From an uncultured bacterium (GTDB taxonomy: Bacteria > Planctomycetota > UBA1135 > GCA-002686595): a stretch of DNA of 64,000 nt. Shown piece by piece: positions 30,976-39,777 of the stretch. Below the pieces are notes generated by a model that was not told the origin of the DNA, ran no database searches, and was given only the letters and a program-made list of their open reading frames with translations. Position numbers and translations under genes: made by a program. The stretch is from assembly GCA_943787795.1 (NCBI GenBank), contig CALSNU010000001.1, forward strand, positions 1,216,001 to 1,280,000, written 5' to 3'. How positions within the stretch are numbered: the stretch's first letter is position 1; every line of letters starts with the position of its first letter.

Positions 30976-33825
30976 ATGATCGCACCGCTCTTCCTCTCGT
31001 TGGCCGCGGTCGCGACCGCCGTCGCTGGCCCGCAGGAGCCGGGTCCCGACCGGGCGGGCGACGTGGAGGCGTTTGTCGAGGCGCAGGCCGATTGGATCGG
31101 TGCCCTCAAGAGCTGGGCTGAGGGACGGGGACAGGCACCCTTCAGCGAAGCGGCCAAGCTGACGGTTCCCGGCGGCGAGCCTTCGGTCGTCGACGAAGGG
31201 ACCGTGCGCCTGGCCCGAAGCGCCCGGGATGGGGGAGCGCGCCGCCGGACGGATGCGGCGGGCCTGCGGGACGCGCTCCTCGGCGGGCAAGGGGTGCATG
31301 ATCTGGCCAGCGTGAGCACCAAGGTCCTGGCGGCGGTCGCCGCAGACGGGGGGTACGACCTTGAGCTTCGGTTCGAGGCGGAGGCCCCAACTGAGGCCCC
31401 AACTGAGGCCCCAACTGAGGCCCCAACTGAGGCCCCAACTGAGGCCCTTGCCAAGGCTCCGCTCTGGCAGGCGGTCTCGACGGCCACCGTGAGCCTTCGG
31501 CCCTCGCCCTCGCCAGCGGCCGCTGGCGTGGAGGTTGAGGAGTGGGACTGCACCGCTCTCAGCGTCGACTCCTGGGAGTGGGCCTCCAGGACCGGCGAGC
31601 TCTTCGTCGAGCGGACCCTGGGCGTGATGGGGCCGGACAAGCGGGCGGCGAGGTTGCTAGGAGTCGGGATGGATCGTTGGGCGCAGCGGCTCGACGACCC
31701 GTCTCGGTCGTCCTGGTTCGGTCACCAGGGGATCGCCGCAGGCGACGTCAACGGGGACGGACGCCCGGACCTGCTGGTCGCCATGCCGAGCGGGCTGCCG
31801 AACATGCTCCTGTTGCAGCAACCGGATGGGACCGTGCGGGACGTGGCGCGCGAGGTGGGGCTCGCCTGGCTCGACGACACCAAGGGTGTGCTCCTCGCTG
31901 ACATGGACGGCGACGGCCGGCTCGACGCGGTCTCGTCCCTCGGCCACGTCCTCGTCGTGCAGCGGCAGGACGAGCGTGGCCGCTTCCAGATGGCGGGCTG
32001 GGGCGTCGCCCCTGACGAGGCACCGTTCTACGGGATCAGCGCCGCGGACGTGGACGGGGACGGGGACCTCGACCTCTTCGGGGCGCGGTATGTCTCGACG
32101 CACTACGCCGACACGGTCCCGGTTCCTTTCGAGGACGCCCGCAACGGGCCCTCGAACGTGCTCTTCCGCAACGACGGCGGACGACTCGTGGACGCCACCG
32201 CGGCCGCGGGGCTGGACTCCGGAGGCGGGCGATTCAGCCTCCAGGGGACCTTCGGAGACTTCGACCTCGACGGCGATCCCGACCTGTATGTGGTGAACGA
32301 CTTCGGCCGGAACCAGCTCTTCGTCAACAGGGGAGGGCAGTTTGTGGACGAGGCGGCGGCCTTCGGTGTGGAGGATCAGGGAGCCGGCATGGGGGCGTCC
32401 TGGTCCGACTTCGATCGGGATGGGGACCTCGACCTCTACGTCACCAACATGTTCTCCTCGGCGGGACGCCGGGTCGCGTTTCAGGAGGGCTTCGCGCCCG
32501 AGAGGACCGAGGAGGAGCGGGCGGAGATCCGCCGGCTGAGCCTGGGGAACAGCCTCTTCGTTCGTGATGGGGCTCGCTTCGTCGACCGGTCCGATGAGGC
32601 CGGCGTACGGATGGGGCGCTGGGCCTGGGGCGCCGTGTTCGCCGACCTGAACGCTGACGGTTTCGACGACCTGGTCAGCCCGGCCGGGTTCCTGACGGGG
32701 CCAGAGCCAGGCGACCTCTGAAGCTCGTTCTGGCGGCGCGTGGCGCCGCAGCCGAGCTCCGGGGAAGGCGCCGGCGACTACGTGTCGGCGTGGGGGGAGA
32801 TCGCTCGGTCCATGGAGTCGGGTGTCTCGTGGAGCGGCCACGAGCGGAACGTGGCCTGGCTAAATTTGGAGCGCGGCGAGTTTGTGGACGTCTCGGCGGT
32901 CAGCGGGCTCGATCACGCGGAGGACGGGCGGGTCGCCCTCCGCTGTGATTGGGACGGAGACGGCGACCTGGACCTGTGGCTGCGCTTTCGGAGCGGACCG
33001 ACCCTGCGCTACCTGGAGAACCAGGCGGATCCGGAGCGGCACCTCGCCTTCGATCCGGGCGTGCCAGGCGCATCGGTCGTGGTCGAGACGCGTCTCGGGG
33101 AAGTCGTGCACCGTACGCTCCTCCAGACCCGAACGGCGGACGGGTACCTCGCCGGTGTTCGTCAACGTGCGGTGCTCGCCTTGCAACCGAACGAGGTGGT
33201 GCTCGATGGCGCGGCCCTCGCCTCGCAAGGGGCCCGGGTGGTGGAGAGGCCGGAGCCCCGGCCAGCACTGGCAGCCGGTGAGCTGCAGCCCGTGGACCTG
33301 CCGGCGCGGGTCGTGCTGCGCTCGTCGCTCTCTCTTCCGGGGGAGTGGCTCGGCCAGATGGGCTTTGAGCGGGGCCGGGCGCAACTCGTCATCGTGGAGG
33401 ACCCTGATTGCGCCGCGTGCCGCGAGGTCCTGCCGGCGGCGGTCGCCGCCGTCGAACGGGACGGTCGCCTGGGGCTGACCCGGCTGAACACGCGGAACCC
33501 AGCGGCTGGTTCAGCCGTCCCATGGTTATCGATGATCGCAACGCACCTCCTCGGCCCCGGGGCCGAACTTGACACACCGCTGTCGCTGCTGGTCGGGCCG
33601 GACGGGCGGCTGGAGGTCGCTCGCGTGGGTGACCTCGAGTGGGGCGATTTGTCGCGCGATGTCGGCTGGTTCGGCCTCCAGCCCGTCCAGGGGGCGTTTC
33701 GGTCGTCCTTCGATCCGCCGGGCGTCTCACGCTGGTTCCACGGGATGGCCCGGTCCACCGCCCCGCTGGCACAAGATCTCCTCGAGGCTGGCTTCGTTTC
33801 CGAGTCAGCCCACTATTCTAAATAG
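30976..33825 (+). CDS. Secreted FG-GAP/CRTAC1(ASPIC-UnbV)-like protein with C-terminal CxxC region; one in-frame TGA at codon 582 (candidate selenocysteine; otherwise two ORFs or a pseudogene)
   Basis: ORFs 30976..32721 and 32740..33825 share one frame, giving GFLTGPEPGDL*SSFWRRVAPQ. DxDGDGDLD repeats occur on both sides of the TGA, and CAAC lies near the C-terminus. Confidence 0.75.
31381..31446 (+). repeat. Coding 12-bp tandem repeat x5 (EAPT)
   Basis: GAGGCCCCAACT x5 exact. Confidence 0.9.
32722..32758 (+). promoter_or_regulatory. Putative bacterial SECIS stem-loop
   Basis: Directly 3' of the TGA. Lower stem AGCTCG/CGAGCT, upper stem GCGGCGC/GCGCCGC, and a GTG apical loop starting 18 nt after the TGA. 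Confidence 0.6.
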
Positions 33826-33870
33826 TCAAGGGTACTCCGGCTCCCCAGGCCTTCTCCCATCCACCCTCCC

Positions 33871-35652
33871 ATGAAGCTCGACACCATTCTCCTCACGGCG
33901 GCGCTCGCGCCCGTGTTCGCGTCCCTCTGCGCTGCGCAGTCCACCAACTGGGCGACGTTCGTCCGGGAAGACTCCCGCGTCAGCGCGCCCAGCGGGCTCG
34001 TCCTTCAGGACAGCCAGGAGAAGGACATGGCCTGGGGGGACTTCGACCGAGACGGTTGGATCGACCTGCTCGTGGTCCGCAAGCAGCCGTTCACGACCCA
34101 GGGACGCTATCGCAACGTGCTCCTGATGAACGAGTCGGGGACCTTGACCGAGCGTTCCAGCCAGTACGCCTCCGCGTCCTCGGTGGCGGGGGATCAGGGC
34201 TTCCTGACACCGACCAACGATCGCGACGTGGCTGTCGGAGACCTCGACGGCGACGGGTGGCTCGACTTCGTCACCGCCACGACGTTCTCGCCGGGGGAGG
34301 CCAAGCACATCTCGCACCCCCGCGTCTACATGAACCTGGGTGAGGTCAACGGCCAGTGGCAGGGCTTCTTCCACGACGAGGCGCGCATCCCGGACTGGGG
34401 GACCTACCCCAACATGTGCGGGGTCGCGATCGGCGATGTGACCGGAGACGGCTTCCCCGAGATCTACTTCAGCCACTACGAGCAGCAGGCACAGGTGGAC
34501 CTCAACGACCGCCTCCTCATCAACGACGGGAGCGGGTTCTTCAACGATGAGAGCTCGGCGCGGATGACGACGGCAATGCGCGCGTCATCCTTTGGCACGT
34601 CTGCCACCATCGCGGACATGAACCTGGACGGCGCCAACGACGTGGTCAGCATCTCTGGCTCAGGCGCCACGGGGGGCTTGACCCGTTCATCGATCGCGTA
34701 CAACAACCCGAACAGCGAGGGCTTCTTCAACATCCTCCAGGAGCCGTACAGCGGTGCGCCCTACCACGTGGCCGTGGGGGACCTGAACAATGACGGGCAG
34801 CCGGACCTGATCATCAGCGATGACGCCGACGACCGCTACCTGCTCAACCAGGGCAACGACCTGTTCGGGCGAGTGAGTTGGGGACCGGCGAGCACCTTCG
34901 GGACGGACGACGGCTTCGGCAGCAATAACCTGATCGTCGACCTGAACGGCGACGAGTTCCCCGAGGCGATCATCTGCGACGTCGACGTCGACATCTCTGG
35001 GTGCAACCGCCGCCTTCACATCTATCACAACCGCGGCGGCACCGTCGGCGGGATGGTCACCCTGCGCGAGGAGCGCTCGGGAAGCACGTACGGCGCCAAC
35101 GGCCTGCCTGAGCTCGAGGGGGTGCACGATGTGGCGCCCATCGATATCGATAACGACGGCGACCTTGATTTGGTCATCGGTCGCTGCAGCGGGACGCGGG
35201 TGTACATGAACCAGCGGGACCTGCTCGGCTCGGACTACTGCCAGGACGCCAACGGCAACTCCAGCGGCGTCCCGGCGGACATCAGCGCCGTTGGCAGCCC
35301 GGTGCTCGAGGACAACGACGTCACGCTCGTCTGCGAGGACATGCCGGCGAACACGTTCGGCTTCTTCCTCGCGAGCAGGACGCGCGGCTTCCTCCCGAAC
35401 CCGGGCGGCAGCCTGGGCGACCTCTGCATCCTCGGCGACATCGGCCGCTACGTCGCGCCGGGCCAGATCCTGAACTCCGGCGCCGCCGGGACGATTCAGC
35501 TGGCCATCGACGTGGACAACATCCCGCAGCCGACGGGCAGCGTCGGGATGCTCGCCGGTGAGAAGTGGCAGTTCCAGACCTGGTTCCGCGACAACCTGCT
35601 GGGCATCACGACCAGCAACTTCTCGGACGCGGTCTCGATCGAGCTCCGATGA
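33871..35652 (+). CDS. Secreted FG-GAP/VCBS-repeat protein with shared C-terminal domain
   Basis: Signal peptide and about seven GDxDxDG repeats. C-terminal YC...FGFFLAS...LCILGDIGRY...WQFQTWFRD...FSDAVSIEL. Confidence 0.9.
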   Translation: MKLDTILLTAALAPVFASLCAAQSTNWATFVREDSRVSAPSGLVLQDSQEKDMAWGDFDRDGWIDLLVVRKQPFTTQGRYRNVLLMNESGTLTERSSQYASASSVAGDQGFLTPTNDRDVAVGDLDGDGWLDFVTATTFSPGEAKHISHPRVYMNLGEVNGQWQGFFHDEARIPDWGTYPNMCGVAIGDVTGDGFPEIYFSHYEQQAQVDLNDRLLINDGSGFFNDESSARMTTAMRASSFGTSATIADMNLDGANDVVSISGSGATGGLTRSSIAYNNPNSEGFFNILQEPYSGAPYHVAVGDLNNDGQPDLIISDDADDRYLLNQGNDLFGRVSWGPASTFGTDDGFGSNNLIVDLNGDEFPEAIICDVDVDISGCNRRLHIYHNRGGTVGGMVTLREERSGSTYGANGLPELEGVHDVAPIDIDNDGDLDLVIGRCSGTRVYMNQRDLLGSDYCQDANGNSSGVPADISAVGSPVLEDNDVTLVCEDMPANTFGFFLASRTRGFLPNPGGSLGDLCILGDIGRYVAPGQILNSGAAGTIQLAIDVDNIPQPTGSVGMLAGEKWQFQTWFRDNLLGITTSNFSDAVSIELR

Positions 35653-35732
35653 GCCGCTGAGCCGCTGAGCGACCCCGCGTGAGGGCCGCGCCGCACCCGC
35701 GGCGCGGCCCTCGCTGCAATAATGGAGGACCC

Positions 35733-36374
35733 ATGAGCGCCACCGAGCTTGATCGCCTGAGAGCGACGGACGTCTACCTGATCGACCAGATATTGAAGGG
35801 GCGCCTGGACGGCCTTGGGTGCGTCGTGGATGTGGGCGCGGGGGCCGGGAGGAACCTGCCCTGGTTCGTCGGACGTGCGGAGCGGGTCGTCGCCCTCGAC
35901 CCCCGTCCGGAGGCCTTCGAGGCCATGGACGAGGCCTTCTTTGAGCTCGGCCTCACCGCCACGGCGAGGGCCGGGGTGGAGCGCGTGCTGGGACGCATCG
36001 AGGACGCGCCGCTCGAGCCGGGCACCGCGGACCTCGTCATCTGCAATGCGGTCCTGCACTTCGCCGCAGATGCCGCTGAGTTCGAGGCGATGCTGCGGGG
36101 GGCCTGGGCGCTCGTGGCTCCCGGCGGGATGTTCTTCGCTCGCCTGGCGTCGAGCGTCGGGATCGAGGGCGGCCTCGTTCCTCTCGGGGGGGGGCGATTC
36201 CTGCTGCCTGACGAGTCCGAGCGCTTCCTAGTGGACGCTCGCGGGCTCGAGGAGTGGCCGGACCGCCTCGGTGCAGAGCGGCTGGAGCCGGTGAAGACGA
36301 CGGTGGTCTCAGGTCTGCGTGCCATGAGCACCTGGGTCTTGCGCGCGGCAGGTGGAGAGGAGACTCTCCTGTGA
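35733..36374 (+). CDS. Class I SAM-dependent methyltransferase
   Basis: DVYLIDQILKGR, VVDVGAGAGRN, ICNAVLHFA, PGGMFFARL. Confidence 0.85.
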   Translation: MSATELDRLRATDVYLIDQILKGRLDGLGCVVDVGAGAGRNLPWFVGRAERVVALDPRPEAFEAMDEAFFELGLTATARAGVERVLGRIEDAPLEPGTADLVICNAVLHFAADAAEFEAMLRGAWALVAPGGMFFARLASSVGIEGGLVPLGGGRFLLPDESERFLVDARGLEEWPDRLGAERLEPVKTTVVSGLRAMSTWVLRAAGGEETLL

Positions 36375-36964
36375 TGAAGCGACTTCATCTGCTGGCGCTG
36401 ATCCCCTCCGCCGTGCTCCTGACCATGGTGGTCGCCGTCCAGCTCGCCGCCTCTCGGGCGGAGCGCGCCCAGCCGCAGGCGGACCTCGACATGATGATCA
36501 CCATGCCTAGCGGGGGCTCGCGACCGCTCCGTGAGGTCCTCGCTAGGTTGGAGCCACGGGCGGCGGCGTCCGAGACCAAGGAGACGCCGCCCTCAGTGCG
36601 CCCCGACCCTCTCCGCCGCGATGAGGAGCGCGGCGAAGATGTGGTCGAGCGGGCATTCGACCTGCAGGTCGCTGGGGAAGTGGAGCTCCCGACACTCTGC
36701 GAACTCGCCGAGCAGAGGTTCCGCGCCGGGGACCTCGCCCAAGCCAGGGCGCTCTATGCCTCGGTCGCCCCCGACGAGCCGGGCTACTCGCTCGCGCAGC
36801 GCCGGATCGGCTGGGAGATCCAGACGAAGCTGGACGGTGATCCGCTCGCCGGAGTGGGGAGCGTCAACCGGAGCCTCCGCGCCGACCCGATGGACGGGAA
36901 CGCCTGGCAGGACGCCAGCCGCGTGTACGTCGAGAGCCTGGCCTCGGTCTTCCGCTTCCGCTGA
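36374..36964 (+). CDS. Hypothetical exported protein with TPR-like C-terminus
   Basis: The start is coupled to the upstream stop (TGATG). Hydrophobic leader and helical repeat-like AEQRFRAGDLAQA...RSLRADP..GNAW. Confidence 0.7.
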   Translation: MKRLHLLALIPSAVLLTMVVAVQLAASRAERAQPQADLDMMITMPSGGSRPLREVLARLEPRAAASETKETPPSVRPDPLRRDEERGEDVVERAFDLQVAGEVELPTLCELAEQRFRAGDLAQARALYASVAPDEPGYSLAQRRIGWEIQTKLDGDPLAGVGSVNRSLRADPMDGNAWQDASRVYVESLASVFRFR

Positions 36965-36971
36965 GGGGCGC

Positions 36972-38234
36972 TCAGGCGAGGTCGTAGTCGATCGAGCCGG
37001 TCAGCACATCGCGGCGCCCCGCGACCTCTGCCTTGAGGGCATCGACCAGGCGCTCGCGTTCGTCGTAGAGGCGGAAGCCGCGGTCGTCGCGGAGGTATCC
37101 GCGGGACTCGGGGTGCCGCTCCAGCAGCGTGGCCTCGCCCAGCTCGTCGCGCAGGCGGCGCAGGCGGTCTCGCTTGTCGAGCAGCGCCTTGGTGAGGAAG
37201 GGCATCACCGTCGAGTAGTCCGCCTGCATGGACTCGGTGGTCTGCAGGTACGCGTCCTTGTCGACCTTGCCCCAGGTGACCGCCTCGGCCGGTGGGCAGG
37301 AGGAGAGGGAGCCGTCGGTCACGGGCGCCGTCGTGATCTGGATGTCGTAGAGGAAGCCCTCGACGTCCTCGAGCCCGAGGATCTGGCTCAGGGCAGGCTC
37401 CGGCTGGAGGTTGAAGTTCTTCGGGACGCCTCCGCCGAGGACGAGCGTCCCCAGCGCCTTTGCGCTGGACTCGCGCTGCCCCCAGACGTGATAGGCGCAG
37501 CTCTCGAAGACCTCGGCGTGCAGATCGAGCTCGAAGGCGTGCTCGAGCATCCCCGCCCCGGCCATGGCCCAGAGCTTCATGGAGTTCAGGAAGACGGAGC
37601 CGTCGGCGGGGGCGCCCACGAAGACCGGGATGGCCTTGCGGTGGCAGAGGGCGAGGAGGCCCTCCGGAGCACCGTTACGCTCTTCCTGTCGGGCAAACCG
37701 CGCGCCGAGGAGGTGGCGCAGCTCGGTGCCGGTCATCTTCTTCTGGAACTCTGGCTCCCGGAGGACCGCGCTCAGGAAGCGGTCCTGTCCGAGGAGCACG
37801 TTCTCGTCAAAGCCAACGTCGGTGATCCGGATGACCCGGTGCTCGCGCAGGGCCCCGTCGTCTCCGTTGAGGGGCACCTCGTGGATCGGGTGCTCCGCGG
37901 CGTCGTCGAGGGCCCGGTGCCCGTCGTGGTAACAGACCGCGTCCGTGGTCGAGACCAGGCAGAACCAGCCCGTGTCGAGCAGGGGGTTCAGCCACGCGAT
38001 GTGCTGCCCCGAAGCGGTCACAGGGCCCGCCACAGCCAGCGTCATGGGGACGCCCTCGCCGATGGCGCGGTCGAGCAGCTTCCAGACGCGTCGGACGTAG
38101 CCGCCGCCGAAGCTCGGGAAGGCGTCCTCGATGAGGTGGTCGAGGTGGCGCACCTCGGTCACCGGGCGGTGCCGCAGGGGCGCGCCGCCCTGGGCGCAGG
38201 CCCCGGCGGGGGAGGAGTCGCGTCGGGTGGGCAT
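36972..38234 (-). CDS. Deoxyhypusine-synthase-family protein (probably homospermidine synthesis)
   Basis: RITDV, IPVFVGAPADGS, LGGGVPKNF, DGSLSSCPPAEAVTWGK with the catalytic Lys retained, and QAD. Confidence 0.88.
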   Translation of the reverse strand: MPTRRDSSPAGACAQGGAPLRHRPVTEVRHLDHLIEDAFPSFGGGYVRRVWKLLDRAIGEGVPMTLAVAGPVTASGQHIAWLNPLLDTGWFCLVSTTDAVCYHDGHRALDDAAEHPIHEVPLNGDDGALREHRVIRITDVGFDENVLLGQDRFLSAVLREPEFQKKMTGTELRHLLGARFARQEERNGAPEGLLALCHRKAIPVFVGAPADGSVFLNSMKLWAMAGAGMLEHAFELDLHAEVFESCAYHVWGQRESSAKALGTLVLGGGVPKNFNLQPEPALSQILGLEDVEGFLYDIQITTAPVTDGSLSSCPPAEAVTWGKVDKDAYLQTTESMQADYSTVMPFLTKALLDKRDRLRRLRDELGEATLLERHPESRGYLRDDRGFRLYDERERLVDALKAEVAGRRDVLTGSIDYDLA

Positions 38235-38269
38235 GGGGTCGAGTGTACGGGGTCCGGCCGAGCCGGGCC

Positions 38270-39631
38270 TCAGGCCCCCGCTCGCTCGGTGACCGTGATC
38301 ATGTTCTCCAGGGCGAGCCTGGCCTCGGCCTTCAGCTCCTCGCGCTCCGCGTCCGTGAGCCGGTCGCGGCGACCGGTGATCTCGTCCACCGAGTCTCCGG
38401 CGAGGACTCGGTTGGCCTGGGGGGCCTCGCCGCGTCGGAGCAGGTCGAGCATGCCCGCGAGATGGGGCGGGTCGTTGCGGCTCATGGTGGCGCACCCGCA
38501 GCCGGCCGCGAGGGAGCCTGGGACCTCCGCGAGGTGGACGATGTCCACTCCGCGCTTCGCGCCCTCTACCTTCGCGTTTCGCACGAAGTGCCCCTCCGTT
38601 CCGATGGCCAGTCGATCTCCGGGCGCCGCGTCCATGACGGCCTTCCAGAGGAAGTTCGTGCTCCCGCTGCCGTCCGCGACGCGGACGGTCTCGACCGGCG
38701 ACTCGGGGTGGACCAGGACCGTGCGGCCCTCGTTCTTCCAATGGTGGACCATCTCCGGCTTGAAGACGGTGTGCACGCCGCAGAACGAGCCCCAGAGGAT
38801 CATCTCTGCCGCGTCGAGGGCCTCGAGGCCGCCTTCAACGTCCTCCAACCGATACGCTCCGGAGAACGTGCCCGGGTCCGGGAGCGCGAGGAGGCTCGCG
38901 GGATCCATGCCGAGCTGGTCGGCCACGTTGCGTCCGAGGTGCTGGTCGGGCACGAAGAAGATCTTCTTGCCCTGCTCGCGCGCCCAGCGCACCACGTGCT
39001 GGGCGTTGGAGCTGGTGCAGACCGCGCCGCCCGTCCGGCCCGCGAGGGCCTTGAGCCGGCCCGACGTGTTCATGTAAGCCACCACGAGCAGGTCGTCGCC
39101 GTAGCGCTCGATGAGCTGATCCGCGATAGGCAGGACCATGTGGTCCTTGGCGAGCATCTCCATCGTGCAGCCGGCCTTCGGGTTGGTGATCCAGACCTCC
39201 TGGTGGGGATGGCTCAGGACGGCGACGGTCTCTGCCATGAAGTGGACGGCAGACTCGACGATCACGCGCTTGTCCGGGTTGCGCTCGGCCTGGAGAGCGA
39301 GCACGTAGCTGTCCGAGACGGCTCCGTGGTACCGCTCGACCAGCTTCACGATCTCTCCGCCCATATAAAAGTGAGCCAGCAGCAGCAGCTCGTCGCCGAA
39401 GTGCTCGATGGCCGGGACAACATATCGGTCCAGCCAGGGCAGGACCGTCTCCGGGGTTCGATCCGGGAGGGCCAGGTACTCCTCGGCGTAGGGCCGGAAC
39501 TCCTCCTGGTACCAGTCCAGGGGCAGATCGGTCTGACAGATCGGAATTCCGGCCTCCAGGGTCAGGCCAGTGGGCCGAACCTCCGACGATAGAGACGTGG
39601 ACGGTGCGTTGCTGGGTCGATCGGGGGACAT
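38270..39631 (-). CDS. nadA: Quinolinate synthase
   Basis: LLAHFY, SDSYVL, VHFMAET, AGCTM, YMNTS, VCTSSNA, PDQHLG, CGVH, HPE, GTE, CATM. Confidence 0.93.
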   Translation of the reverse strand: MSPDRPSNAPSTSLSSEVRPTGLTLEAGIPICQTDLPLDWYQEEFRPYAEEYLALPDRTPETVLPWLDRYVVPAIEHFGDELLLLAHFYMGGEIVKLVERYHGAVSDSYVLALQAERNPDKRVIVESAVHFMAETVAVLSHPHQEVWITNPKAGCTMEMLAKDHMVLPIADQLIERYGDDLLVVAYMNTSGRLKALAGRTGGAVCTSSNAQHVVRWAREQGKKIFFVPDQHLGRNVADQLGMDPASLLALPDPGTFSGAYRLEDVEGGLEALDAAEMILWGSFCGVHTVFKPEMVHHWKNEGRTVLVHPESPVETVRVADGSGSTNFLWKAVMDAAPGDRLAIGTEGHFVRNAKVEGAKRGVDIVHLAEVPGSLAAGCGCATMSRNDPPHLAGMLDLLRRGEAPQANRVLAGDSVDEITGRRDRLTDAEREELKAEARLALENMITVTERAGA

Positions 39632-39777
39632 TCTGGGTCTCCTGTGGGGCGGAAGACGCCGCCCGGACAGCGCACAGTCTAGGCCGGAAGCGGTCCGTTC
39701 CATCCCCTCCCATCGACTCGTAAGCTGCGCATTCCTCAGGATCCTCCCGACTCGCAGCCCCCGACGGACGTCGAATC

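Noticed and set aside
32740..33825. Independent gene starting at GTG 32740
   Set aside because: It starts mid-domain, inside the hairpin loop, with no RBS or signal peptide and in frame with the upstream ORF. Read-through is the better explanation, though independence is not excluded.
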